A DNA stretch of 50,626 nucleotides, counting the filler, from Bipalium vagum (taxonomy: Eukaryota): assembly GCA_037834085.1 (NCBI GenBank). It is 2 parts of 2 records of this genome, joined end to end, with 100 filler letters (N's around TTAATTAATTAA, not from the genome) between each part and the next. Parts side by side here need not be neighbours in the genome. Positions count along the whole stretch, not along the records: positions 1 to 19,823 come from JBBMKC010266928.1; 1 more part is not named here. One strand, given 5' to 3'. The position numbers and the translations under genes are program-made. Shown one piece after another: positions 1-13,520 of the stretch. The notes under the pieces are model-generated. The model had not been told where the DNA came from. It was given only the letters and a program-made list of their open reading frames with translations, and did no database searches. Every line of letters starts with the position of its first letter. Within the stretch, counting starts at the first letter, position 1.

Positions 1-49
1 AAACAATTGTAATTATTGATTTTACTGAATTATAAAGATTACGTAAAAT

Positions 50-420
50 CTTTATAATTCCTTATATCCCCCTTCAATCTGTCCTTTTTGAAGATCTGTT
101 AGCTTCATCATTTTATCTATATTCATAATCTGGACTATTTGAAATTACACAAAATTTTATTTTACAAAAAAGCTTAGCAAAATAAATAATTGTATAATTT
201 AATCGGTTACATTCTGTTTAAATATTTACAGTACAAACTAAAAATGTCGTTTTTTCTGCACTGAGATATTTTTGAATTACCTTAGGTTTATGGCAAGGTG
301 CTACATCATGCATGAACTGAAATCATTCACGACAAGGAAACCAAATTTGTAATTGAGGCCCTAATTAATTCTGGAGCCCTTGCAGGTACTGCTGCGAATT
401 CATGTTGCCATACCATTGTT
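50..420 (-). mobile_element. Tc1-like transposase C-terminal remnant
   Basis: Minus-strand translation PQLQIWFPCRE*FQFMHDVAPCHKPKVIQKYL...NSPD matches the Tc1 catalytic region (F(M/Q)QDGAPCH...WPGNSPD); contains stops and indels. Confidence 0.65.
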
Positions 421-849
421 TGTAAAATAATATTTGAGTCTATTTCAATGGTCAGGTACTGTATTATTATATAAAATTAAATTAAGAAAAAGACTAAAAA
501 GAAAATTACAATAATGATATATGAAAAATAAAGTGATCGAATTTTTTTGTGCGTATTGTATATTTTTAAAATATTTTCTATAATTTTGACAAGAGATATC
601 TTTTTGGAACCCATTTTGACATCTTTTTGGGTTTCTTATTAACTATTTTGCACTCTAAACTTTGATATTTTGAATTATCATTTCGCTCTGTAGAGCGAGA
701 CATCTTTCTCTTGTTCAAAATAGAAAATCTAACTCAATCATATTTTGAGAGTTCGCTGATGACCCTTCAAAATCAATACATAAAGTACAGTGTTTATAAA
801 AATAAATCTAATAAGAAATGAACGAATAAAGTATTTGTACTTTAAGTTG

Positions 850-2900
850 GACTTGCTTACAACAACATTTCGTGTCTTATCTGCGGGTGTCAGAAAAATA
901 ACAAAGGATGTTTTCAAATGTTTCTATTCTGAGAAAAGATTTACTTTCCAGAAATACCTTATGAAAATGAAAGGGACAAATGCTAATTGTTACCGTGAAC
1001 AATCAATAATTTGCATTCTGTACTCTGCAATTTTCTTAAGACTTTCCTCACAGAGCCTTAATTAAATTCTCACTTGAAAATCGTTCGGTTTCCTTAACAG
1101 ACTCGCAGCTCTTTCAGCTGAATAATTCAGGTTTCAGGGCTTGTTGGTCTTGCCTAATTCTGTAATCTCGACCAGAACAAGGGGACATTTAATTGGAGAA
1201 TCTGTAAAGATTTAGGCCTTGGCTTAACAGATTATCGATGGAGACATTATTTACCTTTATTGCCTTGTTTTAGGTGAAATATTTTCAATTAAATTGTTTA
1301 AAAGATTCTCGTAAAAAATTTCTGTTTTTCTCTCTTAGAAAATGGTAAACTGGGTCAAGGAGAAATGGAGATTGCCAATATGGTAAATATATCCTCCAAG
1401 TATGGAACATTAAGCCAACGTCTGGTTGAGGAAAAGATGCTTTCAATTTTTCGAAATGACAATTTTTATCATTGTTTTCCAAATCAATAACATTTTTCTT
1501 ATAATTTCTAATAGTATTATTTATCATTATTCTTTTCTAATTTCTTTTATTTATTTATTATTATTATTATTTTCATCATTATTTCATCATCTACTGAAAT
1601 TGTTGGATGTGAATGTTTAAAATTAGAAATTCACATTCTTCAATATCTGATTTTTAGTACCAGATAATAATAATAATATTATTATTATTATTTAAAGAAA
1701 AATTTTGTATCCTTCTTTAATTAATTTAGAATTATTATTGCTTCTTCTTTTAATTACTTTCATTTGACAATTTTCTAAAACAATTTTGTAATTTTAATTA
1801 ATTAATTAAAAATAATTAGTAATTAATACTTATTAATTAAACATAATTGTTAATTAATTAAAAATATTAATATTAATAATAAATTAATAATTTTTCGTTA
1901 ATTAGACTTCTCATTATTTCCTATATTTTTAGTATTATTTTCTCTATTAGATTAAAGCTAATCTTCATCTTATTTATACCTGATAAGTATAAAAATTGTT
2001 GAGAGGTTCTTCTTAATGTAATTCTTGTCTGGTCGATATTTAGTTGAAAAATAATTTCCATCTATTAATTAATATATATATGATATATATTAATTTTTTG
2101 TTTTTCTTACAGTTGAATTTCTGAATAATTTTTGAGAATCCGCAGCTATCCATTTTTCCACAAGGGTTCCCTGCAGCTTGTTGCTATCAAGTTGCCACTG
2201 GATTTAGGATCTGGTGATAATATTGATAATAGAATGTAAATTAAACAAAAGGTGAAATGCGTTATGTGAGAACAAGGTTAGGTTCAAAATGAACAATTGG
2301 TTATCTTATCATAGAAACCACACCAGTTGAATTAGTTGAACTGTGTATACTGACGTCCCACGGTAATGTCTGATATGAAGTGGTTCTTATGCACGACCCT
2401 GGCTTATTGATTAAAGGGTAGCCAAATACATAATGCAAAAAAAGATATCAATCAAAATGACGTCAAATTTTTGATATCGTTACACCTTTCATATAAATTC
2501 TGCTGTGGAAAAGAACTCCGTGGACGAAATAATACTGAAGTCTCGAATTCTGCTGAAAAACCGTGAACAGAATTGACTGATGGACTCTTTCACTTCTCCG
2601 CAGCGTTGACTTTATCGAATTTCGTCTAAGGACCTGTTTCGGATTATATCGAAAACTATTATTAAAAACTAATATTAATGTCACTTTGCTTCATTTCTTC
2701 TGCGATTTCTTCTTTGGTTGGTTGTCCGTGTTATGAGAGGGCTAAATTGATTTTTATTTTTCATAAGTAATTGATGTTTATGCCATTCATTATTGAACTT
2801 TTGTCAAATTAAGGCTCTTACTGCCAAGCGTTTCATTATTATTATAATTAATATTAATAGATTGAGATTATTTTCGACCAGCAGACATTGACGACTCTCC
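850..2900 (+). mobile_element. Fossil RTE-like LINE ORF2 (RT N-terminal half and post-RT region), centre replaced by AT-rich tract 1480-2100
   Basis: Colinear degenerate motifs: KMKGTNANCYREQSII (~KKG..C.NYR.ISLL), LSAE*FRFQG (~L..EQ.GFR.G), then PVELVE, ILLWKRTPWT (~LLYG.E.WT), RID...LR, GWLSVL (~W.GHVLR). By-eye match only. Confidence 0.45.
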
Positions 2901-5200
2901 CTCAGTTTCAAATAATTGAATTACAGTTCATTTAAAATCAAACGATCTTCATCAGCAATTTCAAATGAAACTTCGTTGTTCGATTCTCTTCCCACTTCTC
3001 TTTTTTACAATGTGAACGTTTGTTCTCCTTTACTTTTATGTGAAAATAAATAATTGAGATCGGTGTACATCCACTGAGATTCTGCAGAAAATAAACCATG
3101 TGGACCTGCACGACAACAATTGAAAGCAGAACGAGGAAATGAATGCTAATGATATTATCAATAATAATTAATAATTGAAAAATATAAATAAATAAAATAA
3201 AATAAAAGAATGATAAAATAATTATTAATAATTAATTAATAATAAATTATTATAAATAATTAATAATAAAATATAAAATAAAATGAAAAATACTAAAATT
3301 GTAAATAATATTAAGAAATAATAATTATTTTAATAATAAATGAATGGTTAAATAATAAAATTAATAAATTCTGCTCATGATATTAATTTACATATTCCTC
3401 TGAACTGTTCTTTGATGTAAAAATGGTGAATGAACAAAGGCTTTGGTTCATTGAAGTAAAATAATATTTCGGTCCATTGTTGATTTCATTATTCTCGGTA
3501 CAGTGCAGTGATTTCGGAGCTGACAGTGCGCTGTTATCGGCTGTTGACGGTTATCAGTTTGAGAGATCGGTGATCAACTTCATCATTTTAATGTGAAAAG
3601 TGCTTATTACCATGCAACCATTGGTGAAGTACTTTTTGAAACTCATACATTATCTTAATCAGCATTATGGATCCTGTCGAATAACGACCTGTTCAATAAT
3701 AAATAACAGCTATGATAAATGATATTAGGTTATCATAGGATCAATTAAAAGAAAAAATTAAAAAGATAACCACTCTTAGTGACCGTATATTAATATTTAA
3801 TGGAAAATCGAATAAGGAACTTTTATCAAGAAAAATGAATGATAAAAAAACTTTTGAAATAAAATTTAATAATATTAAACGAAGCAATTACTTAATCCAA
3901 CAATTAATAGTGTCCTCCTATTCCCTTTTATAATTATAATTATTTTTATTATTATTATTATATTATCACAATATATTTATTATATTTCTTTCAAATAATT
4001 TTTCTAAATAAGCAATAATTTCCTTAATATTATTCGTTATTAATTTTTGTAACAATACAAGGGATTATATTTAAAGCCAAAGTAAATCAATTTTATCTTG
4101 AATGAATAAATCAACCGAGATAAGCCCAGTTAGATTACCCTTCTCTTCCCTTTCCCGATTTGTATCTGTAAATTGAGAGATAGGTGAATCTTACTGTTGA
4201 ACATGGTGGTAAAAAATGTTCTCTATTTGAATTCTGTTGTCTCATTCTTTGATTGTTATCCAACCAACTCTTTCCCGTCATTTTGTACACATGCAATAAT
4301 TTGTTAATATCTTTTTTAATCAAGTGACACTGACTAACTTTTGACGTCGAAACTATTCTCACAATGTCCATAATAAAGTAGTCAAGGCATTCCTATTCGT
4401 ATTCTCACACTTCTAGATCCACAGTGTAACCTCAATAATGTATTCCTCGCATGTTACTCTTACCTATCACTCGATAGATTAAATATTAACAATGTGTAGG
4501 ATTTTACAATTATCGAATAATAATAAGAATAAAATTAGCAATCGAAAAATAAATAATATTATAAAATAGTCAATAATAAAAGAATTAAGACTATAGGTTA
4601 AAGTAGAGATAATTATCAACTTGAAAAATCTCACAGATTTGAGTTAACAATAATCAGGTTCATTGGTCTACTATGAATATCCTCCCTGCCGTTCGTTGTT
4701 GGCCAAGCTCCATGAGTCCCAGGCTTCCTTCCATAGAATTAAGACACAGTAAATTAACCGCCAATAATGACGTATGGTTTCTTTCAAAAATAAGCAATTC
4801 TTCAACAACTTATAACTTTTGGAGAATTGATAACTCTGGCCTTCTTTACAAGCTCATTTATGGCTCATGCCATTCAATTAGAGTTTCAAGAGTTCAATTC
4901 GTTCAGTCTGTTCAAGACATTAATTAGAAATCCAAAATTAAAGCAAAAAAAAATTAAATCAAAGCTCTTGTCTGACAAATTTAATGAATTTTGTCCATTA
5001 ACCCATCTCAGGGCACCAATTAGACGGCATTAACTGCGTCAAATTATTCCTCTTGTTTTTATTATATTATAATTATATTATTATACAGGCGAAAAACCAT
5101 CAAATTTATCATTGTTCTTGATTTAGAACCTTTGGACTACTTCTCCTTCTGTCATTTTAATGTTAAATTCTGTAGTCTTTCCCTGCACACTAGTTTCAAT
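2870..5200 (-). mobile_element. Fossil RTE-like LINE ORF2 (AP-endonuclease, linker, start of RT)
   Basis: Minus-strand motifs in correct order: IGALRWVNG (~ALSE.RW.G), FGFLIN (~GVGFLI), VIIGG*F (~II.GDFN), PGTHGAWPTTNG...NLIIVN (~G.HG.G..N.NG...NL.I.NT; around 4640-4725), LDYF and FDVK (around 4340-4390), AGPHGLFSAE (~PGPDGI.AE; around 3080-3110). Confidence 0.55.
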
Positions 5201-7087
5201 TATTTTTAAAATTTTTATTTTAATTATTTTTTTTCTGTTTATTAATTATAATTAATGCTCAACTTTTCTTTAGCTCAATTAATGTTTTACTCTAGTCTTA
5301 TTTTAAATAATGTAAAATTTTTGTTTTATTAATTTCTAATTTGGTATGTGCAACAGAAAATTTTTAATTAAATCTCTTTAAGTGCTCTCTCTATACGCTT
5401 TAGAAGTCAAGTCTTTAAATACATATGTCTCCCTGAGAATAAAATCACTCTTATTACCTCCTCTTATTCTTTTATAATTTTAAATTGTTAAAATTAAGAA
5501 AATATGTTCCAAGTACCTTTTATTCAGTTTATGTGTAGCAAATTTTATATTAGCGAATTACATATGCCTCTTTTACATAAATATGCTTATTTGAATATTT
5601 AATTATCAAGTCAAGTTTTTATTATTAACTATACCATATGTAAAATCGAAGCCTGAACGTTATGAATGCGGAATTTATCGACATTGAAAATAGACTGAGT
5701 CTGTAACACTCAAAGTCCTCAACTCGTGTTTGTGTGTGACACGATTAAAACAAATGATACTTCAATCCTATTGGACAAATATAACGTGTCTTTGAAGGTT
5801 ATTCTATTAGTAAAAGTGAATGCAAAAAATGTTCTACGAAGATTAAAAAATAAAAGCAAATAAATGAGCTGAATTATACAAAAGAGCAAATCCTTAAGAA
5901 TAACACTATCTATAGTCACAAATTGTACACAAGCTCAGAATCGATAGATTATAATTAAATTTAGCGACACATTATTTCTAGAGGCATTAAGATTTCCTAC
6001 TTATATTCACTTCGTACTTCATATTTATTGTATTTTATCCTGACATCTCTATAATTTTGAGAAAAGAAAATTAGAATATTCTTTTGAATACACAAGCAAT
6101 ACGACATATTTGCATATATATTTAATATTTCAAATATTAAACGAATTGCTTAATATTTCTCATATCAAGTTTAATTTCTTAATTAAAAAAACTTTACAAA
6201 ATCGTTTCAGCATATGTTCGTTAACAATAGTCTTTAAAGTCGCATAATTGAGACTTGTCCCTGTCCTGATTGAACTGGAGATGAATACTTCTGTCACAGC
6301 TGAAGACTGACTTGATCTCAATCATAACATTTGAAAAGTCCTTTTCACAAAGAAAATTCGTAGAGAAACTAATCCCAAGTAGCGTAAATGTTAAAAATTA
6401 AGATTATTTCTTATATCCACGTTTCACCGAAGTCAAGAGTCTATAAATAAGGTAACAGCTATTTTGATACACTTAATTTCGAGTTCTGCATTCCAAAGGA
6501 CTTTTTTCATTCAACATTAAAAAAAAATAATAAGGATTTTAAATAATACTTTATATAGAATCTTAATTGGTTTCTGTTTATCAAGTTCAGAACAGTCCTT
6601 GAAACTATCCGAAAGATCAATAGATGTAACTAACTACTAAGCACATATTATTATTATCATTATTATTACTATTCTTTTCCTTATTATTTTTAAAAAAAAA
6701 TTTTATTATTAGTATTATTAAGTTAAAAACAAATCAGTGATCTTGCTCTGAGTATACAGGGCTTAATATCTGTCATGTTCTCTGGTACTTATTTGATAAA
6801 GCTTGTCGTGTTTTATTACTTTATTAATCTGATGGTTGGTTCTCACTTGCCGATAGTTATATATTTCTATGCTCAACACTTGACTGTCTCATCAAATTCT
6901 ACACTGTTTCATTACCTAAGCTATCTGAAGAAACTTGGCCGTTGAAAACAGGTATGAATTTTTTGAAGTATTATTATTTCCAAATGCTAAACACTTTTGC
7001 TTTTCTTAGGAATTGTTTTTTTTAACATCAAACCCTTTGTTAAACCAATTGCACAATGTCCTCCTGACATTTATGCTGCGAAATTGC

Positions 7088-7128
7088 ACCACCACCACCA
7101 CCATCACCACCATCATCAATATCATCAT
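7088..7128 (+). repeat. (CAC/CAT)n trinucleotide microsatellite
   Basis: caccaccaccaccaccatcaccaccatcatcaatatcatcat seen directly. Confidence 0.9.
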
Positions 7129-7571
7129 CGTTCTGCTTCTTAAACCTAATGAATAAATAACTTATATTTCCACTTTGATTGATGTAGAGGAGAAGCCAAT
7201 GCATTTGGAGATGGCTTTTTGGAGAGAGACTTTTAAAACTGGGAGGAAATTTTTATTTCATCACCACTTTCGTACTCGAAATATTATGAGAATGAACCAG
7301 GAAGCATATTATTCTCTTTCATACACAATTTATAGGAGTTTCTGGCTTGATAATAGCAATTAGTTTAGGAAATTCATTTCTAAAATTGTTTAATTTAAGG
7401 AAAAGGAAATTTCTTTTTATTTTCCCTTAAAATAAATGAAAAATTGAAATATCTATGAAAATTTCCATGATTTTAAGTAGAAAATTTGATTTTAAATACA
7501 ATTATCGTTATAAGTAAATGGTTTTCATTATATATTCTCTCTCTATATTGGTAATATAATTTTTAATTTCA

Positions 7572-7714
7572 NNNNNNNNNNNNNNNNNNNNNNNNNNNNN
7601 NNNNNNNNNNNNNNNNNNNNNNNNNNNNNNNNNNNNNNNNNNNNNNNNNNNNNNNNNNNNNNNNNNNNNNNNNNNNNNNNNNNNNNNNNNNNNNNNNNNN
7701 NNNNNNNNNNNNNN
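7572..7714. other. Assembly gap (N run)
   Basis: 143 N. Confidence 1.
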
Positions 7715-8775
7715 AAGTGAGTGTTTTCTGAAAAGTAAACGAATCTCGAAGAGTAATATCCTCTTGAATTTGTATAAAAATTAATTTTCCGATGATTATT
7801 TCGGAATTCCTTCCATTTCTTCCATCAGACAATTCTTTCTTTGTCACACATTACACAATGCGGACTTTGTCTTGTTGATACAGGTTTCACAGCTCCAGTC
7901 CTGGCCTCCCAGCTGCTGAACTTTAACTTCCGTCAATCAATTAAAATATTTACGAAAAGATTTTTAAAAATTATAAATAAATCGAAGGGGCATCATTTAT
8001 GATAAAAATTACAATCACACTTCACTTGATTCATCTTTGATTTCTTTGACAAGTCAACAGTGTAAGTCGTTCTACTGATGGTATTTTTAAATTATTTTAT
8101 TTTATTTTATTTTTTCACTTTTGCTGTTTTCCGTACAATTTTTGACTCGATCATTTTTGGTCTAAATTTATTTTATTTTTTTTTATTTCTTTAAATAATT
8201 TATATTTTTATTCAAGTCTTTCCGGTTGAAGAAAATTTCAGATCATTAAATAATTATAATGATATTTATTAATTATTTTTTTTATTAATCCACGACCTTT
8301 TCATTGACGGAGCTTAATGTATTTTTCGAGTGTATGAATGTTTCTTTCAATTTTGTCAAAAAATCAATTTAAATTAAATTATTTTATTTATTTATTTATT
8401 ATTTCTTTATTTTAAAAGATTACTTTTTCGAAAAAACGTAAAATAATTGATTTTCATTTGAAATTTGAAGAACTTGAAAATTATTTTTCTTTCACTTTTC
8501 ATAAAGTATTTTGTTAAAAAAGCAACTGAAACGAGAAACAGATATATTACATTATCACTTGCCTTAATTTAGCCTTCTTTCGAATATTATATTAACTTTT
8601 AATCATTTAAAATTATAATAAAAAAATTGAAATAATACCCATTATCATATTCCCTCATGGGTCGAAGTGTACGAGGAATATAATTTTGTTGGGTGTTAGG
8701 TTAAGAGTTGAAAAAATTAACTTATTTTTACTATTCTTTTTTATAATAATAAGTAAAATGTTTTTAGAAATATTA

Positions 8776-8777
<2 letters not shown>

Positions 8778-8820
<43 letters not shown>
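8778..8820 (+). repeat. (TAT)n microsatellite
   Basis: About 14 perfect TAT units; source of the poly-Tyr ORF in the track. Confidence 0.95.
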
Positions 8821-8821
<1 letters not shown>

Positions 8822-8999
8822 TTATTTATTGTAAAAGGAATATTTTTTATCCGATTTCAGCACTGCCAACTAATCTTTATTTAATCTGTAAATATTCTCC
8901 TGTGATTAATTAATTAATTTCCATTTTAAATTTAAATCTCAACAACATTTTTGTTCATAAATTGATTTAATAAATAAATAAAACTACGTAAATTCCCAT

Positions 9000-10260
9000 T
9001 AAAAATGTTGTGAAATATTTATTTTGTCACATTTTAATGAATTTTCGATGTTAACTGACCCCAGAGATTTAAATCATTAAAATCATTTTTAAGTTCCACT
9101 TAAAGAAACCCAAGGTTTTTTGATATTTTATTTATTCAATGAAAAATTGGTTCTGAAATAAAAATCTGCAGAATTAATTAAATTTCTCAATTTTGCAAAG
9201 AAGAGATTGTAAAATTTTATTCTCCCTCTTTTTGCTGAGAGAGCTGTCACCAGAAATTCTTTAATGTCCCTTTTTATAATCTGAAAGCTGTGAAATGGCA
9301 CATGGCGAATCGATAATATTTGGAAAAATAGATTGGCTTTTATTGAGATTTATGGTGGTAAATCCGCACTCTATGTCATCATATGCAATATAAAGTGACA
9401 TATCATCACCAAGGGTTGAATACTTAAATACCAATAAAATCTGAATTAAGACGTGCTGGCTTCACTGTGAGTCTGGCTGATGGTTGCTGCTTAGCAAAGT
9501 TGTCATTATTGCAAAACTGAGACCAAATGCTTTTGCAGTACTAAATATCGACAGTTGAAAAAATCAATGGTTTTACTTACTCTGTCTTACAATCTCATCA
9601 AAATACTTTTTTGACAATTTATTTCAGTTTTCCTCGATCCACTGAACATGGTGACGAGAACCTTTACTTGATCTCTAGTTCTAATTTGTTCCACTACCTT
9701 TGCTCACCTTCAATAAGATTAGGATTTGTAAATGTCTTTTAACCTAATCTTTCTCTTTACATCAAATCTAATAGAAAAATTAATCAAATGTTAATCAAAA
9801 AAATCTCAGGATATTTAGCGATAACATTTAAATCAAAATTGAAGCTAACATCGAAGGGTCATGTTATATTTGCCATTCCAGTCTGGTAAAAAGAAAAATA
9901 ATTCTAGCTACAAATATTTAAATATCACTGTTTTTGGTTTGTTTTATATTTGTAATATTTGTGTAAATATGTTACAATTCTGAAATGTTATTCTTGTGAA
10001 TTAAATCTTTTTTTTTCAAGTAAACGTATTTTATTATAAAATTGTTATTTTATCAATAATGATTGGGAAATCTTTAGTTTATCATTATAATAAAAAATTA
10101 TATATGAAAATCACCTCTTTCTAGGAAAATGTGCACCATCTTCTTCGTTGATTTCATGTGTTCCCTTTTGATTTTTGTCTTTTCGTTTGTGGCCGCCTCT
10201 GTTCATCTGTTGATATGCCCTGAAAGTTCATCAAATGAGAGAGGAAGCAGAGAAGTTGCG
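9000..10260 (-). mobile_element. Fossil RTE-like LINE RT and post-RT region
   Basis: Minus strand: NFQGISTDEQ (~GFR.G.ST.DQ), GM...PFDV...YPEIFLI (~GM...PF.V..G.QG..AP.LF), FSTAKAFGLSF...HQP (~FS.AAKAFGL.IS..KT..HQP; 9475-9545), FKYSTL (~FKYLGS), LGVS (~ILG.SW). Confidence 0.5.
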
Positions 10261-10469
10261 AGAAGGAAAGAGTGAGAGAGAGTAAAGAAAATGGAATAAA
10301 AATATAGTATGGATTACAAGCATTATAAATACTGATAAGAATATCAAGAATAATTGGAATACAAAATAATATTAATTATGAAGTAACATGAAAAATAATA
10401 GTAATAACAACCAAAACAATGATGAAAATAAATAATAAGTGTAAAAAGAAAAGTAAATAGTTGTTAATA

Positions 10470-11220
10470 ATGTCGATTGTTAATTTTTAGATTTCAAAGT
10501 TGCTCATAAGAACTTTCAATTCTAATCACTTTAAACGAAAGACTTGTGAATCATTATTGATAACAGAACAACTCCAAGAAATTAACAGAAGAAAGTAAAA
10601 TCCAATGGTTGCCAGTGTGTTCTCTGATTAATTGAAAATAAAAAGGCAATTTTAAACCAATCATAGTTTAGTAGAACATTTGAATTAAAAAATAATCTCA
10701 TTATTTAATTAATGAAAATGTAAAATATCAAATAATACTGACTGAGGAAGAGATGACAAAAAATTTGAAACATGTTTCCTAATAATGACTGTTTAATAAG
10801 ATTTTTTAATAAAGTGATAAAAAATGTTTACTTGAAGAATTTTTAAAATTCCTGAAATATTTAAGTTTTATATTTTATATTTCAATTTCTGCCTTTGGAT
10901 TTTCGACATGTTTCATTTTGCATGAAATAATGATTATTCTATGTGAGAAGTTATTAATGGAATTTGGGGGGAATGAATTCCGTCTTTCTCAATGACAGAT
11001 CAGATTTCATATTATGACCAACACCTAATATCAAATAATGATCACAATGAACCCAACTCTGAGGGTCCTGACATCAAAGAGATTTTTTTAATTAACTTAT
11101 TTTGCTAACATTCTACCTTTTCTCAATAATACTTTGAATCGCTTAAGAAAATAATAAATTCCAAATAAATACCTTTTCTTCTCTGACATTTTAAGAAGGG
11201 AATATTTTACAATAATTAAA
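10470..11220 (+). mobile_element. Short fossil CR1-like RT fragments
   Basis: VDC*FLDFKVAH (~VD.I.LDF.KAFD) at about 10470; SEGPD...HFKKG (~S.GPDG...PIFKKG) at about 11055-11200. Motif order implies two separate pieces. Confidence 0.35.
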
Positions 11221-11339
11221 ATATTTATTTCAAATTATTGATTTAACAAATATTCCTTTACAATTTTCCGATTAAATAAAGTGACAATTTCAAAAAAGGC
11301 TTTATTGTTAAAAAATATTTTATTTTAAGTAATTATTTT

Positions 11340-12600
11340 GACTTAATTTTGCTTTAAAAACTTTCCATTTATAAAGAAACTAAAACGATAATTTGAATTT
11401 TTTGATTAAAACAAGAAATAGAAGGTATAATAATAAATTTCCAAATAATATGGGGCTAAGAATTGAAGTTGAATGGACATTCATGGTGCCAGAAGTTATT
11501 CTTATGAAGTATTTTTGTCTTTAAATACCAAAAGATGGAGACAAAAGCTATTTTTGATAGTCCGGTGGGTTTTTCGTGGCCGATTTTTAAATAATTAGCA
11601 AAACCTAAGCCAGTATAATTGTTTTTATGTTCAATATTATCCTCTACATTCGACAATCAATTTCATTGGTTAAAATTCGAAATAAATTCTCACTATATTG
11701 CTGACTTAAAGTTCATCTCAAATTTGTGTTATTTAAACAAAGAATATTTAGACAGGGCAACCCCTGTGATCCAAAATTTAATGAATGCTAGATCAAGATC
11801 CGACCATCCATTAATATTGGTAATGATGTTGGGATCTTCAACCGTTTCCGTTGATAAATGAGAGTTAGCTCTTGGATTATTTCTTTTTTTTTCTCTTTAT
11901 CAATGTTTTACGAAGTCATTATTTTCTTTAAAAAAGATTTGTTGAGCCTAAACCATGTGAATTTTTTATGAAAACCTTTCACACTAAACTTTTGCGTCGT
12001 TTCCTTTACGTAATCAAAGTGTGGCTTAATAAAGGTTTGATGTCACCAATTCCTTTATCAACCAAATTACTGAAAGATCGACGTTACGTCTTATTCTTGT
12101 GTTAAATCCTTTAAAGACCATTTCACATTGTGATCATGACCTTAAATATATGTCGTGATCTTGAAATTGTTATCATTTTAAGAACCAATTAACCATTCAA
12201 GCTAAAGACCTTATTGTTTCTAAGAATAAAAGACCTAATAAAGCTTAAAATAATTAAGTAATTAAGACAATTTTTTGAATTCCTCATGAAAAATGTGCTT
12301 CTCTCCATAAAATGCACAACGGCTTTGGAAAAGTGTTAAATCATTCTGCAAATCCGATTTCGACTAAAATAATAAAAACAAAGGATTTTTATAAATGTGT
12401 TAATTGATTTTTTTGAAAAAATTGGCCTCAAATCGAGAATAACTTGTCATGAATGAAACCTGTTAGAGAAGGAAAAAATGTTATAAGATCTTTTCTTTCA
12501 AGGAACAAACCTAATGTTTCTAGAGAATTGTCATTTCTGAACTGCTTCCATGAATGCGGATGACCTAAGGTCCAAGTTTAAGCTTGATTTTACCACTTAT
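11340..12600 (+). mobile_element. Fossil CR1/L2-like AP-endonuclease and linker
   Basis: KDGD...SGGFFV (~R.DR..GGGV), LG.FN (~GDFN), FINQITERST...HCDHDL (~L.Q.V..PT...SDH), TKDFYKCVN. Confidence 0.4.
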
Positions 12601-12766
12601 TTTTATTTGTCTTTCGTTCTCTTTTGTCAAATGATACTTTGAACGGAAAGGACATTCTGCTATTCCCTTTGATTTAATGTTTATTAATGCCAGTTTTGAG
12701 CTACTTCTAGTTAATTTACTTTTTCTTTTTTCGTACATTTACTTAATATGTTGTATTGTAAAACTA

Positions 12767-13053
12767 TAGGGTGTTCTCTTACGGACGACGCATTTGGTTT
12801 TTCGAATAAAAAGACTTGTATTTCACATATGAATAAAATTTTTATTTCACACTAAAGTACACAGATCACCATTAATTATGGGACTCAACATCTTTGCAGA
12901 TGCCCATTCGTTGAATCTTATTTTCCAATCAGATGAAACTTCAGTAATAGCGTGTTCGACATTGGTTTTGAGAACTTTCAAAGTGTCTGGCATGTAGCTG
13001 TCCACCAATGATTTGACATATCCCCAAAGAAAAGGGTCTAGGAGTGTCAAATT
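12767..13053 (-). mobile_element. rosa/Tc3-like transposon 3' fragment with terminal inverted repeat
   Basis: ORF 12847-13050: LTLLDPFLWGYVKSLV...PDTL (~DLTPLDFFLWGYVKSLVY..KP.T); terminus TA+TAGGGTG (~CAGGGTG). Confidence 0.85.
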
Positions 13054-13329
13054 TTCTTACACAATTTAAGAGTAATTTAAATTAATTGAAAATTTAGAAA
13101 TATTAATGAACACTGGTCTTTTATATGGTAATTGAGTTGTAAAAATTAAATAAATAATTTACACCCTTTGCTTGTCATCACAATTAAAATGTGAAACGTT
13201 TCTAAAACAAAATGATCTTTTACCACAATTTTTTGTCAAATATTTATTTTTAAATATTTATATTTTTAAATATTTATATTTTTAATTTTTTGTCTCTTAT
13301 AATTTTTATTTTTTATTGAAATGTTTTCT

Positions 13330-13520
13330 AAAATGTTTCATTCAACTTTTCCAATTTTCCGCCTTTCTAAGCTGTCTCAGAAATAACGACTCTTTGTATT
13401 TTATGGTTAATATTTTTATTTAATTAATTTGAGTCCGCGGGCTCCTTTCTGGAAACCGACTTCCAAGACTTGACAACATTATTTCTGATTGTCATTCATT
13501 GTATTAAAATGTACATTTTT
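13330..13520 (+). mobile_element. Possible fossil LINE RT fragment
   Basis: *VRGLLSGNRLPRLDNIISD (~WI..FLS.R...V.N..S); weak single-motif match. Confidence 0.25.

Larger units (their letters stand above)
5640..8910 (+). mobile_element. Fossil CR1/L2-like LINE ORF2, near full span, interrupted by N gap and microsatellites
   Basis: Ordered motifs: PQLVFVCDT (~P.II..ET), LFDKAC...GWF (~DK.AP...PWF), APVLASQLLN (~AP.L..LFN), KNY...ISLTSQQCK at 8040-8066 (~NYRPISLTS..CK), VEVYEEYNFVG (~IE.V...K.LG). Confidence 0.45.

Noticed and set aside
850-5200. Twin-priming 5' inversion of one LINE
   Set aside because: The inverted piece lies 3' of the forward piece, the wrong geometry.
6290-6450. hAT dimerisation-like FSTNFLCEKDFS on minus strand
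   Set aside because: Isolated match with no other hAT feature; overlaps a colinear plus-strand LINE interpretation. Not fully excluded.
6750-7143. Two-exon gene ending in poly-His with GTATGA...TTAG intron (6952-7009)
   Set aside because: Upstream frame has an in-frame stop, the His run is a microsatellite, and the region fits a LINE linker.
7860-7900. LVDTG retroviral protease motif
   Set aside because: Immediately followed by APVL..LLN and ISLTSQQCK, which favour the LINE RT start.
9370-9430. Minus-strand LGDD as an RNA-virus RdRp motif C
   Set aside because: Context (AKAFGL..HQP..FKY) fits the RTE post-RT region; no RdRp motif A or B.
600-12700. Non-standard genetic code, or an endogenous large virus/Polinton, suggested by long frames with sparse stops
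   Set aside because: All three stop types plus frameshifts occur, no viral hallmark motif was recognised, and decayed LINE ORF2 explains the patches better.
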